From Eledone cirrhosa (lineage: Eukaryota): a DNA stretch of 64,000 bases. Positions within the stretch are counted from its first letter, which is position 1. Each line of letters opens with the position of its first letter. The position numbers and the translations under genes are program-made. The stretch covers positions 126,728,001-126,792,000 of the forward strand of contig OZ024741.1 in assembly GCA_964016885.1 (NCBI GenBank). The letters run 5' to 3'. Of the stretch, positions 28,047 through 42,096 are shown in pieces. Under the pieces are notes generated by a model. It had not been told where the DNA came from. It ran no database searches and saw only the letters and a list, made by a program, of their open reading frames with translations.

Positions 28047-30904
28047 CTAGCAAAAGTACCCGGCGTTGCCTGGGTGTAAGTCGACCTTTGCTCTGTTGTT
28101 AAAATGTGTGAAAGTTACTTCCCGCGCATCACAAGGTGCAAAAGCCTCGAACCTCAAGGAAAAAAACAGAGGTTAGTAGACGCAGGTGTGTAATTGAGCA
28201 TAAATAATTGTTTCTATTTTAGGCACAAAGCCAGCAATTACTCAGTACATTACTGGTACTTTATTTTATCGACCCCGTAAGGATGAAAGGCAAAGTTAAC
28301 CTCGGCAGGATTTGAACTCAGATCATAAAGGGACGTAACTCTATGCTTCAAAGCATGGTGTCCGACTCTCTACCGATACTGCCAATTTCACAGTGTATCG
28401 TTGAAATTGTTATTTGTACGACTGGAATTGTTATTCGCGCTCACATGTGCAGAAGAAGAAATAAAAGGGATTTATCTGAACCGCGGCATAATGGCGAGAC
28501 TTTTGCGATAGTTTTCAAGAAAATCGGACGTTCCTGTAAAAGGTTTTCCCATGTGCAACTTTGCCTTGGTTTTTGCGCAAAGTCGAACCTCCGCTTCAGT
28601 TTTATTGATTTTTTACATGAATGCGTGACCTCTGAAGAAGATTTGAGTAGCTAAAAACCTGTCCCGGTAAATTTGCTATAGGTGAAAAAAAGTTGATCAA
28701 AATTGTGTCTAGGGTTATTGCCCTTTGCAACAGCCCCAACGTGTCTTCAAGTATGGTTTGTTAATTTGTTGTGGAACTAAATCGACTTTCGTTAAATCGG
28801 ACCGAGGTAACAATGTTTCCATTTGTCTTTCTAGCTGGTGTACCCGGTTACACACGGGGTTATAAGGCGCCTGATTTAAACGGGTCTGCGCTAAATTCCA
28901 GCAGGATGCTTTAACCGAAATAAATGAAGAACAAACGTTTCTTTTTGTGCTCCAATCTGTGATATTGGTATTTTGAAAAAATAGTCCACAAACATCCATG
29001 GAGAATGTGTAACGCATGTCTCAGGTTATGAGAAAAAGGGTTTTCGATTCTCCATTCATAATATACCAAAGAATTGCACGCAAATAAACCGGCACTGCCC
29101 AATTCATAGCTGAAAGGTAAGAATCAAGTGGAATAATGTTTTGCGACATTGTCAAATGTACAACCGTACAAAAGCAAAGGATATAGCCATTGAAATCTAG
29201 GTAGACGAAAAACTAAGTAGACCAAAGAATTTGGTGGGGTTGTATATCAAAGGATTGCTTTCCTTGTGATTCACGTCTAGCCTACAAAGTGAAGTTAGAT
29301 GATTGTAGTCGATGTTGTATCAATAAAAAATAAAGGCATACGGAAGACTGAACACTTACGAATTAAGTGAAAATCACGTTGATATTCCTATCGAAGCAAA
29401 ATGTGCCGAAAAACCTGACGGACTGTTGTGTCAATATTGAAATCGTAGAAATTGCGAATCCCGACCTCTAAGATGTAATGGATAAGCCTTGGAGATGTAG
29501 AGGAAGAACTGGTACAATTGTTTTGCTGACCATTAATTTAAATAGACTTACGCAGCATCATCGTGCGGTTTTGTTGTTTATGGCCTAGAATGAGGGCCGG
29601 TTAAACGCGGCAGAAAAATAAGCCATGCTGATGATGTTTAGGGGCGTCGCAGGGAATAGATGCGGCGTTGTGAGTCAATTGTGAGGACAGTGGAAGGCAC
29701 GCTGATCGCTTGAGAAGACGCGATGCTACACAGGATGCTTTTCGGCCATAATTGACAGAAAGGCATGTCAGGAGAAATGAAAGAGCTGCTATTCATCCTT
29801 TGCTTAGCATGATGAACATTTAATTAAAAAGATTTACCATGGATTATCGTGCACGTTGGTATTGTGTTTAGCCTGCGAAAATCGGTGATCAAATGAGGCA
29901 ACCATAAGCCATACTGATGACGTTTAAGCGGGTGGCAAGGAATTGATGCGGCATAGATAGCCATGGGAGTCTTGAAGGAGCACGGCGGTCAGGCAAAAGA
30001 AAGGGCCGAGGAGGGGATGGTGGCTGACAGTGCATGGATGCAGCATCCTGAGGCATGACGATGCAGTGGGACGACCGCCAGCAGGCAGGGAAGAGGGCAG
30101 GGGTGGACGGTGGCAAGGATGCCGCATGGTGAGCCATAGCAGTCTTGAAAGACCACTGCGGGCAGGCAAAATAAAGGGCTGAGGAGGGGATGGCGGCTGA
30201 CAGAACATGGATGCGGCATGGTGAGGCATGACGATGCAGTGGGAAGATGGCGTGCAGGGAAGGGAGAGGGCTGGACTTGATGGTGGCAGGGATGCGGCTT
30301 GGTTAGGCATGGCAGTCTTGAAGGATCACAGCGGGCAGGCAAAAGAAAGGGCTGATGAGGGGAGGTGGCCGACAGAGCAGTAATGCGGCATGGTGAGGCA
30401 TGAAGATGCAGTGGGACGAGGGCGTGCAGGGAAGGGAGAGGGCAGGGGTTGACGGATGCCTCATTATGCTACGGTAGTGGGACCACGGGAATGAAGAGAG
30501 CGCATGGAGGCTCGATGATCGCTTGAGAATACTGGGCGCATTACAGGATGATGCGCGGCCGTATAGTCTTGATAGTCCTTATATAAGAAATTGAAGAATC
30601 GGCATAAAAGGTTTGCTGAATATGGTGAGCGTTAATTTAAAGACTTATGGTGGATAATCGTGATAGAATGAACGTTTTTTGCATGGCGGGAGTCGCGACA
30701 AATGGAAGCAAGAGGAATGGCGTTTTTCGGTTGCCGGATTTTTGCCTCTGGGAGTCCGATTATCGAAAATTTCAAGTAGCTTATTTCAATCTACGGATCG
30801 AGTTTTATATATGTGTCAAGTTTCATGAAAATCGGATGAACGGTGTAGCCTGCAAGTCCGGTACACCAAACAAACAAACAACGCCTAACTTCACTTTATT
30901 TATA

Positions 30905-30907
<3 letters not shown>
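28047..30907 (-). mobile_element. Non-autonomous Helitron, about 2.86 kb, with a nested SINE (about 28205-28385) and a GC-rich minisatellite
   Basis: Minus strand starts A|TCTTATAAAT and ends in hairpin CCCAGGCAACGCCGGGT...CTAG|T, the canonical TC...CTAG ends inserted in AT. Confidence 0.75.
29940..30460. repeat. 173-bp tandem repeat, about 3 units
   Basis: AGGCAAAA.AAAGGGC at 29991, 30164 and 30337; each unit has two GATGCGGCATGGTGAGGCATG-like subunits. Confidence 0.85.
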
Positions 30908-30956
<49 letters not shown>

Positions 30957-33900
30957 CAAAGGGTATATATATATATATATAATAGACATAGTCACAGATA
31001 CATATATGAGTTTGCCAACCATTCACGATGTGGCTCAATAAAGAATTAATTAAATAATTATTAATCAGAGCTATATATAAAAATGTAAGTCCAGAGAATC
31101 ATTAGATAAAATATATACAGTATTTCCTCTCCCAATCAGTATAAATTAACCACATAAAAAATCATTTAAACGAGGCTATAAGTTTAAAATGTACTTATGA
31201 AGAAATAATAGACAAATGATACAGATTATTTTCCGCGATGTACAGCCACTTATCTAATGACACTTATCTAATTATTTCCTCTAGCCTGTAGAAATTGACT
31301 AGACAAATAGTTAACTACACGGAGTTAGGTATAAAATAGAAGTTTGAAGAAAAAATGCACACACATTATATATATATATAAAAATAAATATACACGGGTG
31401 TGTATGATTGTGTATGGAAGATTATATTAATAAAAGGAATTCCAACTTTGTCTGATTTACTCGTTTTATTTACAATCCTTTAAAATTTATAATGGTATTA
31501 GAATGAAATAGTATGGTAGAATATTAAATGTTAAGTGTTAATTGAACATGTACTTTCATGCTTTCTCAATCTTCAGGTTCATATTCTGTGGTGACAGTCA
31601 AATATATATATATATATATATATATACTAAGAAATATATTCACTAAGAAAAGAAGAGTCATTCCTTGAGGGAAGAAACCTTTGGAATCTTCAGATCTCTA
31701 AGAGATAAAAAAATGGGAATATGTAATATGATTATAATCAATGAATTATCCAAGGTTACACACTGCTCTTTCATGCAGATTTCTTCCAAATTATACTGGA
31801 ATTAGAAGAAGTTAGTAAAATACAACTGCAGCTGACAAAACACGGATAGCAACATGAGTATTTATTTTTTGTTTTGCTACTAATTATTCCTCTGTCGCCC
31901 GTTCGGTAGAAGCAATGTCTTGTTGCTAATTATTTCGTCCTTCTTTAAAATACTGCAAGATTTAGCATACGAAAACATAAATATTTAAATATAACAACTG
32001 ATTTATTAAAACTGATTTAGACCAGTCTTTTGATGATTTTTGCTGCATCACTGCCATCTTAAATTTGGTAAGTTAAAACGCATTACGTTCTTCGGGACAT
32101 AGAATATAAATAGATCTTAATAGGATCATTATACACAGGAAGTTGAATATATCTCCGAGGATATTGAAATGAGCTGTTTCACCGATAATAGGAAGTGACG
32201 TATTATTATAATTGTTATGAAAACCATCCATACCATATTTCTGATTCCTGTCGTGTCTATAACTTTCTTAGAGACTAACATATAATTAAAGAAATGCTAT
32301 TAACGCTGTTTGACGATAAAATTAAGGAAATATATTATTTGAATGAAGTGTTGAAAAACAGAAAGCGACTGACTACAACAGGAAAGTACGTGATACTATG
32401 CAACCGTTCATCATTAGAAGTGTATTCAGATTTATATTTCTTAAAACAATAGAACAAACTGTGAATGGAATATAACAAAGCTAAGCTTAAATGAAGGTTG
32501 GGTATGTTGGTGAGAGAGAGAGAGATGTGTGTGTAATGCAGTGAAGACTAGAAATGATATATAAACAGATGCTGTAAGTTGAGAGCTAGACAACATATGA
32601 TTGTTATGTTAAAGCTATTTTACTCTGGAATACAAATTACGCTTCTGTTATTTACCAACGAACACTAAAGCAAACGAATGTTAATTGCTGAGTTGTGTGA
32701 AATCAGCGCACTCATAAATTGTATTGTTGCAGTTGATGTCAGCACATGATTACGATCTACATATGCTTTCCTAGCTAAATTAATTCTTCAAAGACAGTGG
32801 ATATAAGGGCGTTCAGTTGGTTTCCGTATTTGCATCAAGATAGACACTAATTAATGTCTGATAATGTTTCGTTCAAAACGAACATTACATGTGAAGAGAA
32901 ATTAATTCACTGTGGGTGAAGCAAAAGTTGAGTGGGTTTAAGAACTTTCTTCACGACTACGTAATTTCGGGTTCAATCTCGGTGTGCAGTAGCTCCCACG
33001 TGTTTTTCCTTCTACAGGCAGATATTGTGTAGGAGAACGTTGAAGTCCGTAGAAGGGATCCTACCTGCATTTGGTTCTTGTGTAACAGACGTAAACCATC
33101 ATTCAGTTTAACACAGACAACCGGTGTTGGATTCCTTTAGTGGAACCGACTTCGTTGTATGCATTAAGGCTAGCTTTTTTTTTTTTATCTAAGAATGATT
33201 ACCTTCCTTTATCCCAACAGTCATTGAAAGCCTGAAAAGTCTAAATGGGCACTGCCTTTCATTTTTTACTAATGATTTTAAAAGATCTGAGATAAGGAAA
33301 ATAGGTAGAGCGTCGAACAAACATCATCTCGATACTTAGGTCATTTTATTTTTTAAATTCTAAAGACTAAGTTATCTCCAAGGCAAATATGGCTTTTCAA
33401 ACTTCCAGAATCGTTATTCAAAAGGTCAGCCTTCTGACACACGCACACTATGTCTCACTGGATCTTCCTTAGAACTACATTGAAAGAACATGCTATTAAG
33501 GTAGTTTGGCTGTAGGATGCTAAAAATAGCAGGCCTCGCTTGGCCAACTAAAACAATTCAACCTATCAAAACATGGTATCGGTAGGGAAATATAATGGGG
33601 CATTTAGATTGATACAGTGCTAAAGGCATCGCAATTATTTTGACCTTGCCTCCTAGCGAACTGCTCAACGATATCCCTTTGTTGTGGAACAAATCGATGT
33701 GATACGTTCTTAGGAAAGCGATACCTGAATCGAACGAATTAGACTGATAAGAATAAAAGAAATCTATATAAACTACAGCCTCGCGTTATGAAAGTATTGC
33801 GTCCTTGCACATCCTGCCAAAACCAATATATTCTGGAAAACAAATACAGAAAATAACATGCATGAAAATAAACATGTTTAGACATCACTCTATAGTATAC

Positions 33901-36429
33901 ATAGCAAAACGTTTTGAAGAGAAATATGTTAAGAAATAAATTAGAATCGTAATAGCGTGGGTTATTATTACAGATGTTGACAGCTGTGTGTACAGCTCAA
34001 TGTAGGAACTAAGCTTATTACAAACTCCTTTTGTAATTTTTATCTTACACTCAAAATTAAAATTGTTATTAGCAAAAACTTGCAATCCTTCTTTTCATCA
34101 ATTGAATCATAGTTAGTGCATCAGACGATATGCATCACATGTTCTGGTTTCAAATGTCACCGAGATTGACTTTACCTGTCATCCTTCCGGGGTAGATAAA
34201 ATAAAATAACAGTAAAGTTTTAATCGATTTACTCTTCCTCCAAATTGCAGACCTTGTGCCTAAATCAGAAACCACTATTTGTTTTAAAACAAAACCCGTA
34301 GCAAAAAAGATTATTTGTAGAAACTAAAAAAATATTTTTTATCATGGGAAACACTTTTTTCTACTAATATCTTGACAATTAAATGTGTTTCCAAGTATTG
34401 TTGCTTTAAGGGTAAACATAATTTGAGTTTAAAATCATGTAAAGGTTTTTGTTTGATACAAGAAAGAGACAAGAATATAAATCTGCATTAGTTCGATGTA
34501 AATGGATTATATTAATAGAATTAGGAGAACCGCGGAGAAAATATCTTGTGATATTTAGTTGCTTAAATATATATCATGAGTTCACATCTCGTGGCAGACG
34601 ACTGTGTGTCATGGAGTAAATATTCTAAATACGAGGCAACTAATGGTGGTCTATATAAACGAATATTTCTACTTTCAAAGTGCCTAACTTTTGGTATTAC
34701 AGCGCATCGTAATATCGGTTCGATTACCCGTTGAAATTATTTCACGTCACTTCATCGCTTATGCGATTGTGGAAGGCATGAACGCCACACAGACCCAGTT
34801 CTTATATTCAGTGCAGGTATAGATGAAATGCATCAATTGTACGTGTATTCAGTGACCAACCAGCAATAAACCTACCTAATATTTGCCATTGTAGTTTATT
34901 ATTTTGATATATCTGTAAAAAAGCAATGGGAAGCTGGAATAATCATGGCTTCCCCAGAAATATACTAATCATGTAAGTAGAGTGGAGTGGACGTCCGTCG
35001 ATTTTGACGATGTTTGTTTGTTGTTCGATCAACGGGATAACTTGCTCGAGAAATTAACGTGCATGTGTCTCAGTATTCTATAGACACATGTAAACTTAAC
35101 ATAATTCTAATAAGGATTTAGCGACACGAATCAGCGTGATACAGTGTATGTGACAAAACTGGGCCATTGAATAAAAAGTACAGTCCGTCTTGTGGACTTC
35201 CAAAAAATCTCTGTATACCATATTTACCGCGCAAGGCTTGGATCAACTGAAGGCTATGATAAATAATACTTGGTAAATGTGCCACACAAAAGGATCGAAA
35301 GTAAGACCTCATGATTGCGGTGCGAATTTCTTAACCACCCATCCAGACAGCGTCATCATGAGGATATATTTCACTGATGTTTGCCCAAAATGCCACGCAT
35401 TGAGATCAACCCCACGACCGTATCATTGCAATGCAAACTTCCGAACAAATATATCCATGTTGCGCCCACGATAGATTCAAATCTAACCAGCTTGAAATGA
35501 ACACAGGATCTCAAACTCCGCCTGTCTTCAGTTTATCTCATCTGTGTGTATGACATGGGAAGGTGCGAGTCTTAGTGGTTAAAGTGTTTGGCTGACCATC
35601 GGAAGGTCATGTGTTCCACCTCCGGTGGCATGGTGTTCCCTTTCACATTTCTCCAGTTCACTCAGCTGAGAAAAATGAGTTGTATCTGTAATTCAAAGAA
35701 ACAACCTTGTCACACACTGTGCCATGTTGAATCTCCCTGAGAACTACATTAAGGGTACACGTGTCTATGAAAATCTCAGCCACTTACACATTAATTTCAG
35801 GAGCAATTTCAATGTTCGAAGTTAAGAATATTTATTTTAGCTGTTTGACTCTTTTTTGTATTTTGCCTTACCAAACGGTTTTTATGACCGTAAAAACGTT
35901 AATTTCGGGAGCAGGTCGTGGAACGCTCGTTGTTGGAACAGACGGAGGTCCAACATACATATCTAAGACATAGTATTGTAAAGAATATTGTTTGAAACCC
36001 AAGTTTAATATCTTTATTATTGCAGTTATCTGAAGTGTAACAGAATGTTGACTGGTATCAATGAATCTCTAGTCTAAGGATGCAGTTTGTACCAATTAGA
36101 CATTGACAAGACTGAATGAAGCAAACATATAATCTTGAAACAATAAATTACGCTGTTTTTTTTTCATATATTTTGTTATTTTCTTATCATGAAATGTCCA
36201 CTGAATTATCGAAAATAATGAATAGTATGTTAACGCTATTACTGCTAATTATCAACTTTATATGAAACAAGTCCTCCCGCCCCATCATAATGTATTATTA
36301 AACAAAGCAGATTTAGTATCAATGTATTTATTTTCAGAAATAAATAAAACAACAGTAACCACATATGCATGATAATGGACATGATAATAGAACAATTTGA
36401 AGTATTGTGAAAAACGTTGTTTGTTGAAA

Positions 36430-36595
36430 TAATTGTTTCTATTTTTGGCACAAGGCCAGAAATTACCCAGTACATTACTGGTACTTTATTTTATCGACCC
36501 CGTAAGGATGAAAGGCAAAGTTAACCTCGGCGGGATTTGAACTCAGATCATAAAGGGACGTAACTCTATGCTTCAAAGCATGGTGTCCGACTCTA
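36430..36595 (-). mobile_element. SINE family A
   Basis: Reverse complement of the 2402-2596 consensus. Confidence 0.85.
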
Positions 36596-36803
36596 TGTTT
36601 TCTTTCGCGTGTTCATATATGTGCGAGAAATTGGAACGCTGGATAGAATGTTTTGCCGTATTCGTTCCTGCTCTTTCACGTCTGACTTCAAATTCCACCT
36701 TTCATCTTTTCAAGGTTTATATATAAAGTACTAGTCAAGTAGTGGGGGCTATTCTTACTAATATACTCTGAAAGGAATTTAACACTTGGAGAATGCATGA
36801 ATA

Positions 36804-37130
36804 CAGTGTACCCCCGACATTAGAGGTCCCGGTTATTCGCTGAATTTTCCTCAGAATTTAACTTATAATTGTTCGTGGAAACCACCGCATATTCGCGGTA
36901 TTGTAAATATCTTACGCTATTTTTTTATGGCTTTTTTTGTGGCAATATATATTTTTTCACGCTTTTTAACGCTAAATTATCAATAACAATATACCGTATT
37001 TGCCGGCCTATATTTTACGTGATATTTTTAGGTTTATAGGCATTTTTATGGACCAGGTCCAATATTGCGGTTTTTTGCTCTTCGCGGGTGCTCTAGGAAC
37101 GTAACCCCGGCGAATACCGGGGGACAACTG
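36804..37130. mobile_element. Tigger/pogo-like MITE
   Basis: TA|CAGTGTACCCCCG ... CGGGGGACAACTG|TA. Confidence 0.7.
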
Positions 37131-37442
37131 TACTATAGTATCTGCTCCTTGGAGCTAATTACACCCGACCCAATCGTCTTTCTTCTTCTCATCACCCATG
37201 TTGTGCTCAATCCTGCACTAACCACAATGCCCAGTCATTCCTGTCTAAATAATCAACCCTCTGGAACACTTTCCCTTCTCGTGTCTTTCCAAAAGGGATG
37301 AACTTGCTATTGTTTAAGCGGATGATTAACAAGATCAATCTTTGCGGTAACCGAGGGTCTGTAAAAGCAATAGACATTGCCCTCTTCTCTTTCTCCACAC
37401 ACACACGTAGATTTTACAATACAATGGGAGGAAACATAATAG

Positions 37443-37486
37443 TACCACTGATGATGTCGCAGATGTGTGTCGAAAGAACTTTGATA
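37443..37486 (+). ncRNA. Minimal type-I hammerhead
   Basis: TACCA-CTGATGA-t-GTCGCA gatg TGTGTC-GAAA-GAAC-TT-TGATA; one mismatch each in stems I and II. Confidence 0.65.
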
Positions 37487-37656
37487 GACTATATATATCT
37501 GTATCTGTATTTTTAACCGTTGGTCAATCAATGATAAACATTGATTGCCAAATAAATTAACTATGGAGATATAAACGATACAAAAGCGAAAACCAACTCA
37601 AACCAAACAGTGAGTGTGTTCTTTTATTATTCCTGGCAATATTACAACATATATAT

Positions 37657-37858
37657 ATAATAATAAACAAGTAAGACGGTTTCATTTGTACATCGCTATT
37701 TATTTTGTAATACGTATTTCAAAGACGTAAGGCAGTTGTATAACGACTACCCTACATGTTCTCTTCAGACAAAAATCCAAACAAGATGTCTTTGAAATAC
37801 GTATAACAAACTAAATAGGGATGTACAAATGAAACCGTCTTTCTTGTTTATTATTATA
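37657..37858. mobile_element. Fold-back PLE-type element with about 72-bp inverted arms
   Basis: 37657-37730 is approximately the reverse complement of 37787-37858; full HHR on the minus strand; partial GAAA-TACGTA-TA in the right arm. Confidence 0.75.
37703..37774 (-). ncRNA. Type-I hammerhead ribozyme, intact core
   Basis: Minus strand TTTTGT-CTGAAGA-...GTAGGGTAGT...ACTGCCTTAC...-GAAA-TACGTA-TT-ACAAAA. Confidence 0.75.
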
Positions 37859-38096
37859 ATAAACTCCGGATGAACAAAAACTGTGGAGTGCTTTACATCT
37901 GTTAAGAATAAGTCGGTAGATTTTGAATCAACCAACTTTCTTCAATTGAATACATATACATATATACATATATACATATATACATATACACATATATACA
38001 TATACATATATATACGTATATATATATGTATATATATATATAATACAAACGAGAAATGTACATATACATATATACATATATATATATATATAGGAG

Positions 38097-38307
38097 TCGA
38101 TCGACTTTCGTCAAATCGGACCGAGGGAACAATGTTTCCGTCGGTCTTTCCAATTGCTAATACTATCTATCGGTCGCAACTCCAGGTAGAAGGAGCAACG
38201 TGAAATAAAGTGTCTTGCCCAAGGACATAACGCATCACCTGGTCCAGGAATCGAACTCACAACCTTATGATTGCGAATCCAATTCTCTAACCACTCAGCC
38301 ACACGCC
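38097..38307 (-). mobile_element. SINE family B with full tRNA(Arg)-like head
   Basis: Minus strand GTGGCTGAGTGGTTAGAG...TTCGCAATC..AAGGTTGTGAGTTCGATTCCT plus core and tail. Confidence 0.85.
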
Positions 38308-38645
38308 TATATGAAATATAAACGAGAAATGTTTGTTGGCTGGTTCTTCGCGCATCACACAAAAAATGACAATCGAAAAGTAAGTACAGCAATGGAATAA
38401 GAGTATACCCAAGAAGGTTTATTGATACTAAAACCAATGAAGAAAAACATCCCGCGTATGCTAACCAAGCTGACTGCTATTTCTAGCAGGTTGGGAATCA
38501 ACCATAATAGATTCTCTCTGCGAGTTCGTTGTCAGTGATGCTTGTATTTCGCGGCCAGCGTCTCCGATTCGAACTCTAGTTTACACACACATACACACAT
38601 GCGCACACATGCACATAGACACGTACGCACATTTATATATAAGTA

Positions 38646-39259
38646 TCTATATATATATTTATCTATTCAGGTTTATATATAAAAGATTGGAACTCCCTTG
38701 ATCCTTTTGAGAAACCTGGACCAGCCACGTCTATGCAATGGCCCCACGCTTTACAGTCAGGCGGAAGATGAACCATCTCCTAGCCGTCACTATTATTGGA
38801 GGCAATCATCAAGGAGAAAATGTATTTATTCCCAATATTCCTCTTATCCCTTCCTTTACCGAGCTGCCATTCAAATTCTTAAGACTTCAGTTCCCTGTTA
38901 GAACCAGTTTTTCTATGGCTATAAATAAAGTTCAGGCTTAGAGTTTCAAAGTTGTAATGATTGAATATAAGAGAATCACTTTTTACCAAATGGACAGTTA
39001 TATGTAGGTTGTTCACGAGTGGAGGACATCTAGAAATCTTAATACACTATGCACAAATGGTAAAATAAAGAATGTGGTGTATCTGGAAGATTTTTTACTT
39101 TTTTGTTTATTTTGTCACACACACGCACACACGCACGTACACACCACGGTCTCGCCTCATACTGTGAACCAGACAACGCATCCAATACAGTCGTTTTTTT
39201 CTTCTACCTGTCTCCTCCTATCATCTGTTTACCCGGGCGAACCTGGGTACGTCAGCTAG
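38646..39259 (+). mobile_element. Internally deleted Helitron retaining the PIF1-like helicase C-terminus
   Basis: A|TCTATATATA start; LLRNLDQPRLCNG / VFIPNIPLIP..LPFKFLRLQFPV..FSMAINK / GQLYVGCSRV at about 38698-39025; 3' hairpin ACCCGGGCGAACCTGGGT and CTAG. Confidence 0.9.
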
Positions 39260-39260
39260 C

Positions 39261-39294
<34 letters not shown>

Positions 39295-39334
39295 GGGGGG
39301 GGGGGTGATTAAGATATTTAATAAGTAAACATAA

Positions 39335-39515
39335 ATAATTGTTTCTACTTTAGGCACAAGGCCAGCAATTACCCAGTGCATTACTGGTACTTTATTTTAT
39401 CGACCCCGTAAAGATGAAAGGCAAAGTCAACCTCGGCGGGATTTGAACTCAGATCGTAAAGGGACGTAACTATGCTGGAAAGCATGGCGTCCGACCCTCC
39501 ACCGATACTGCCAAT
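39335..39515 (-). mobile_element. SINE family A
   Basis: Full reverse-complement copy. Confidence 0.85.
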
Positions 39516-39535
39516 CCACCAATAATACTTATACA

Positions 39536-39706
39536 CCGTATTTTCCGGCGTCGAAGACGCTACTTCTTTCCTCAAATACGTCTCAGAATCTATCATGCAT
39601 GCTGGACGCCGAAGGTTGTTTATTATTTATTTTTTTTCAAATTTTTGGTTGTCAAAATTAGGGTGCGTCCTCGAGGACGAAGCGTCTTCGGCGCCGGGAA
39701 ATACAG
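39536..39706. mobile_element. Tc1/mariner (Tc2-like) MITE
   Basis: CCGTATTTTCCGGCGTCGAAGACGC ... GCGTCTTCGGCGCCGGGAAATACAG|TA, about 25-bp TIRs. Confidence 0.75.
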
Positions 39707-40324
39707 TAATTGTAAAATATGACACAAAAAATGAGGCTGAACCGTTTGCAGTAATCGACCTACGTACATTGTAGATTGGACAACTGCTAAAACGACTGAA
39801 AAGTTTTCAACCACAAATTTAGCAAATGTAAATATATTGGTGGATAAATAACAATTGGTATACCTCCTGTTATATCACATGATGTTGAGCGCTACAAATA
39901 ACAGTCACGTCACCACCAGTGGACGGATCGACCCCAACAATACAATACAATTTCGGGATGGCTTTGCCGATCAATCTACCGTTGGTTTATGGGTCCATAT
40001 TCTGTAACATTTTATCCTTTCGAAATGGGTAAAAAAAAGAGTACCACTCTAGTTCTGGGGCCGGTTCTTCCACTACATCTCTTTCTTACTTACTCTCTCT
40101 TCCATTTTTCTATTCTTCTCTGGAAGAAATCTGCTGTGTTCAGACGTGGAGGGGTGATGGGCTTTGCCAGGTTTTAAAATGCCCTAAAAACGTAGTATGC
40201 CACTACAGCGCCCCTACGATTCCATCAGAAGTTACAGGACCATACCCTACTATAATGTATTATACTATCTCATAAATGGTGCTATAATCTATCGTTAACG
40301 TGTGTGTATTGTCATATTATTTGC

Positions 40325-40513
40325 AGTGGATTGACAGTATCGGTAGAGGGTCGGACGCCATGCTTTGACGTATAGAGTTACGGCCCTTGCCATTCTGAGT
40401 TCAAACCCCGCCGAGGTTAACTTTGCCTTTCATCCTTACGGTGGTCGATAAAATAAAGTACCAGTAATGTACTGGGTAATTGCTGGCCTTGTGCCAAAAG
40501 TAGAAACAATTAT
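40325..40513 (+). mobile_element. SINE family A
   Basis: Full copy with A and B boxes and core. Confidence 0.85.
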
Positions 40514-40863
40514 TTGCAAAACAATTAAATGAATGTTGTTGTCTCGCGGTCTTAATATATTTCTTGTCCGGCCTCTGTTGTCATTTCTTCACTGTCTGAT
40601 AAGTAGTTCTGTCAGAAACGTAAGAGAGCTTTTCTTCATCACAGCATGAAAAGTATTCCATTTTTTCATCTGTTTCTACAAAACATTCACAACTCACCCG
40701 CAATGTCTTGTTTTATACGAGTATATCTTGAAGAGTTAGAATGTTGTCGTATCTGTCAGTTATCCGCCTCTACTACCCTTTCTGTTTCTCTTTGATCAGC
40801 ACAGGTGTACATACATACATACATACATACATACATACATACATACATACATACATACATACA

Positions 40864-41319
40864 TGGTGGCTGCCAACTCGTTTTCGAGTACGGCCACTAC
40901 TTAATATCCATGTAGGAGAATCCCTACCGATGCGCTGAACGAGTGTCTTTTTAGTCCAGCCAGCGACTTGAAACTCTGGTACAAACACTACACTTGTGAC
41001 AATTATTTACACATAGTGCTGGGCCCATGGTACCATGTGACGACAAGTGCAGAGAGATCTCCAGATATAAAGCAATGCCTGTGCCGTGAAGCTTTTATAG
41101 TGAGCAAAGGCACTGCACAAAGCCAGTCCCACTCTCTTAACCAAGATGATATTTACCAAAAAGAATAACAAGTCAACATCATTGGATACCATCAGGGTTG
41201 CAGGTGTTATATCAGAGTTTTCCTTATCCTAGAATTCTGCCTTGACAAAGGCTAAGGGGTCATCTCTCCCGGTGATTTTGGATGGCCATTGACTCTTAAG
41301 AGCTCCTTTGCCCTCGACA
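40864..41319 (-). mobile_element. RTE-derived non-autonomous element, 5'-truncated
   Basis: Reverse complement of the 3' part of 52128-52732, flanked by (CATA)n. Confidence 0.85.
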
Positions 41320-41336
41320 TACATACATACATACAT

Positions 41337-41367
<31 letters not shown>

Positions 41368-41947
41368 TACATACATACACAACTAGTTAGAAAATTACAA
41401 GTACAATCCATTAATGGAACAGTAAAAATATGTAAAACATTCCAAACATTTTGCATCTAATAACTGCATATACACAGATACAGATGCAAAGCATATACAC
41501 ATGCACACATACAACTCACAACATCCACATCCACACATACAATAACATCCATATCTACACATGCATGCATACATACATACACATCGACCTAGTTGATGTT
41601 GTGTAAATCCCAATGAAAGAATCTTGTGTCTATGTTAGAAACCGACTCTCATCCTATTGGTAAAACTTTGTGAAATTATAAAACCAGAACATACATACAT
41701 ACATACATACATACATACGCGTGTGTATATATATATATTTGTATAAATGTCTATCTATATGTGAATATATATGTATATGTATATATATTTATATATATTT
41801 ATATATGCGTATGTATGTATATGTGAATATATATATGTATATGTATATATATTTATATATATTTATATATGCGTATGTATGTATATATATAAGCGTGTGT
41901 ATTTAAATATATATATATGCGTATATATATGTGTATATATGTGTGTA

Positions 41948-42022
<75 letters not shown>

Positions 42023-42096
42023 CGCACGCTTAGAGTACCAATGACGGAGATAGAGACATAGATAACAACATAGATAGCAATAGTAATAGCTTTACT

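Noticed and set aside
31770-32075. Possible host exons (TGCAG acceptor, GTAAGT donor)
   Set aside because: No open frame or recognisable protein; cannot be supported without RNA data
38240-38307. tRNA-Arg-like gene
   Set aside because: SINE head that runs into the repeat core and lacks a proper acceptor stem
40591-40630. CTGATAA...GAAACGTA HHR-like relic
   Set aside because: Core and stems I and II are too degraded to call
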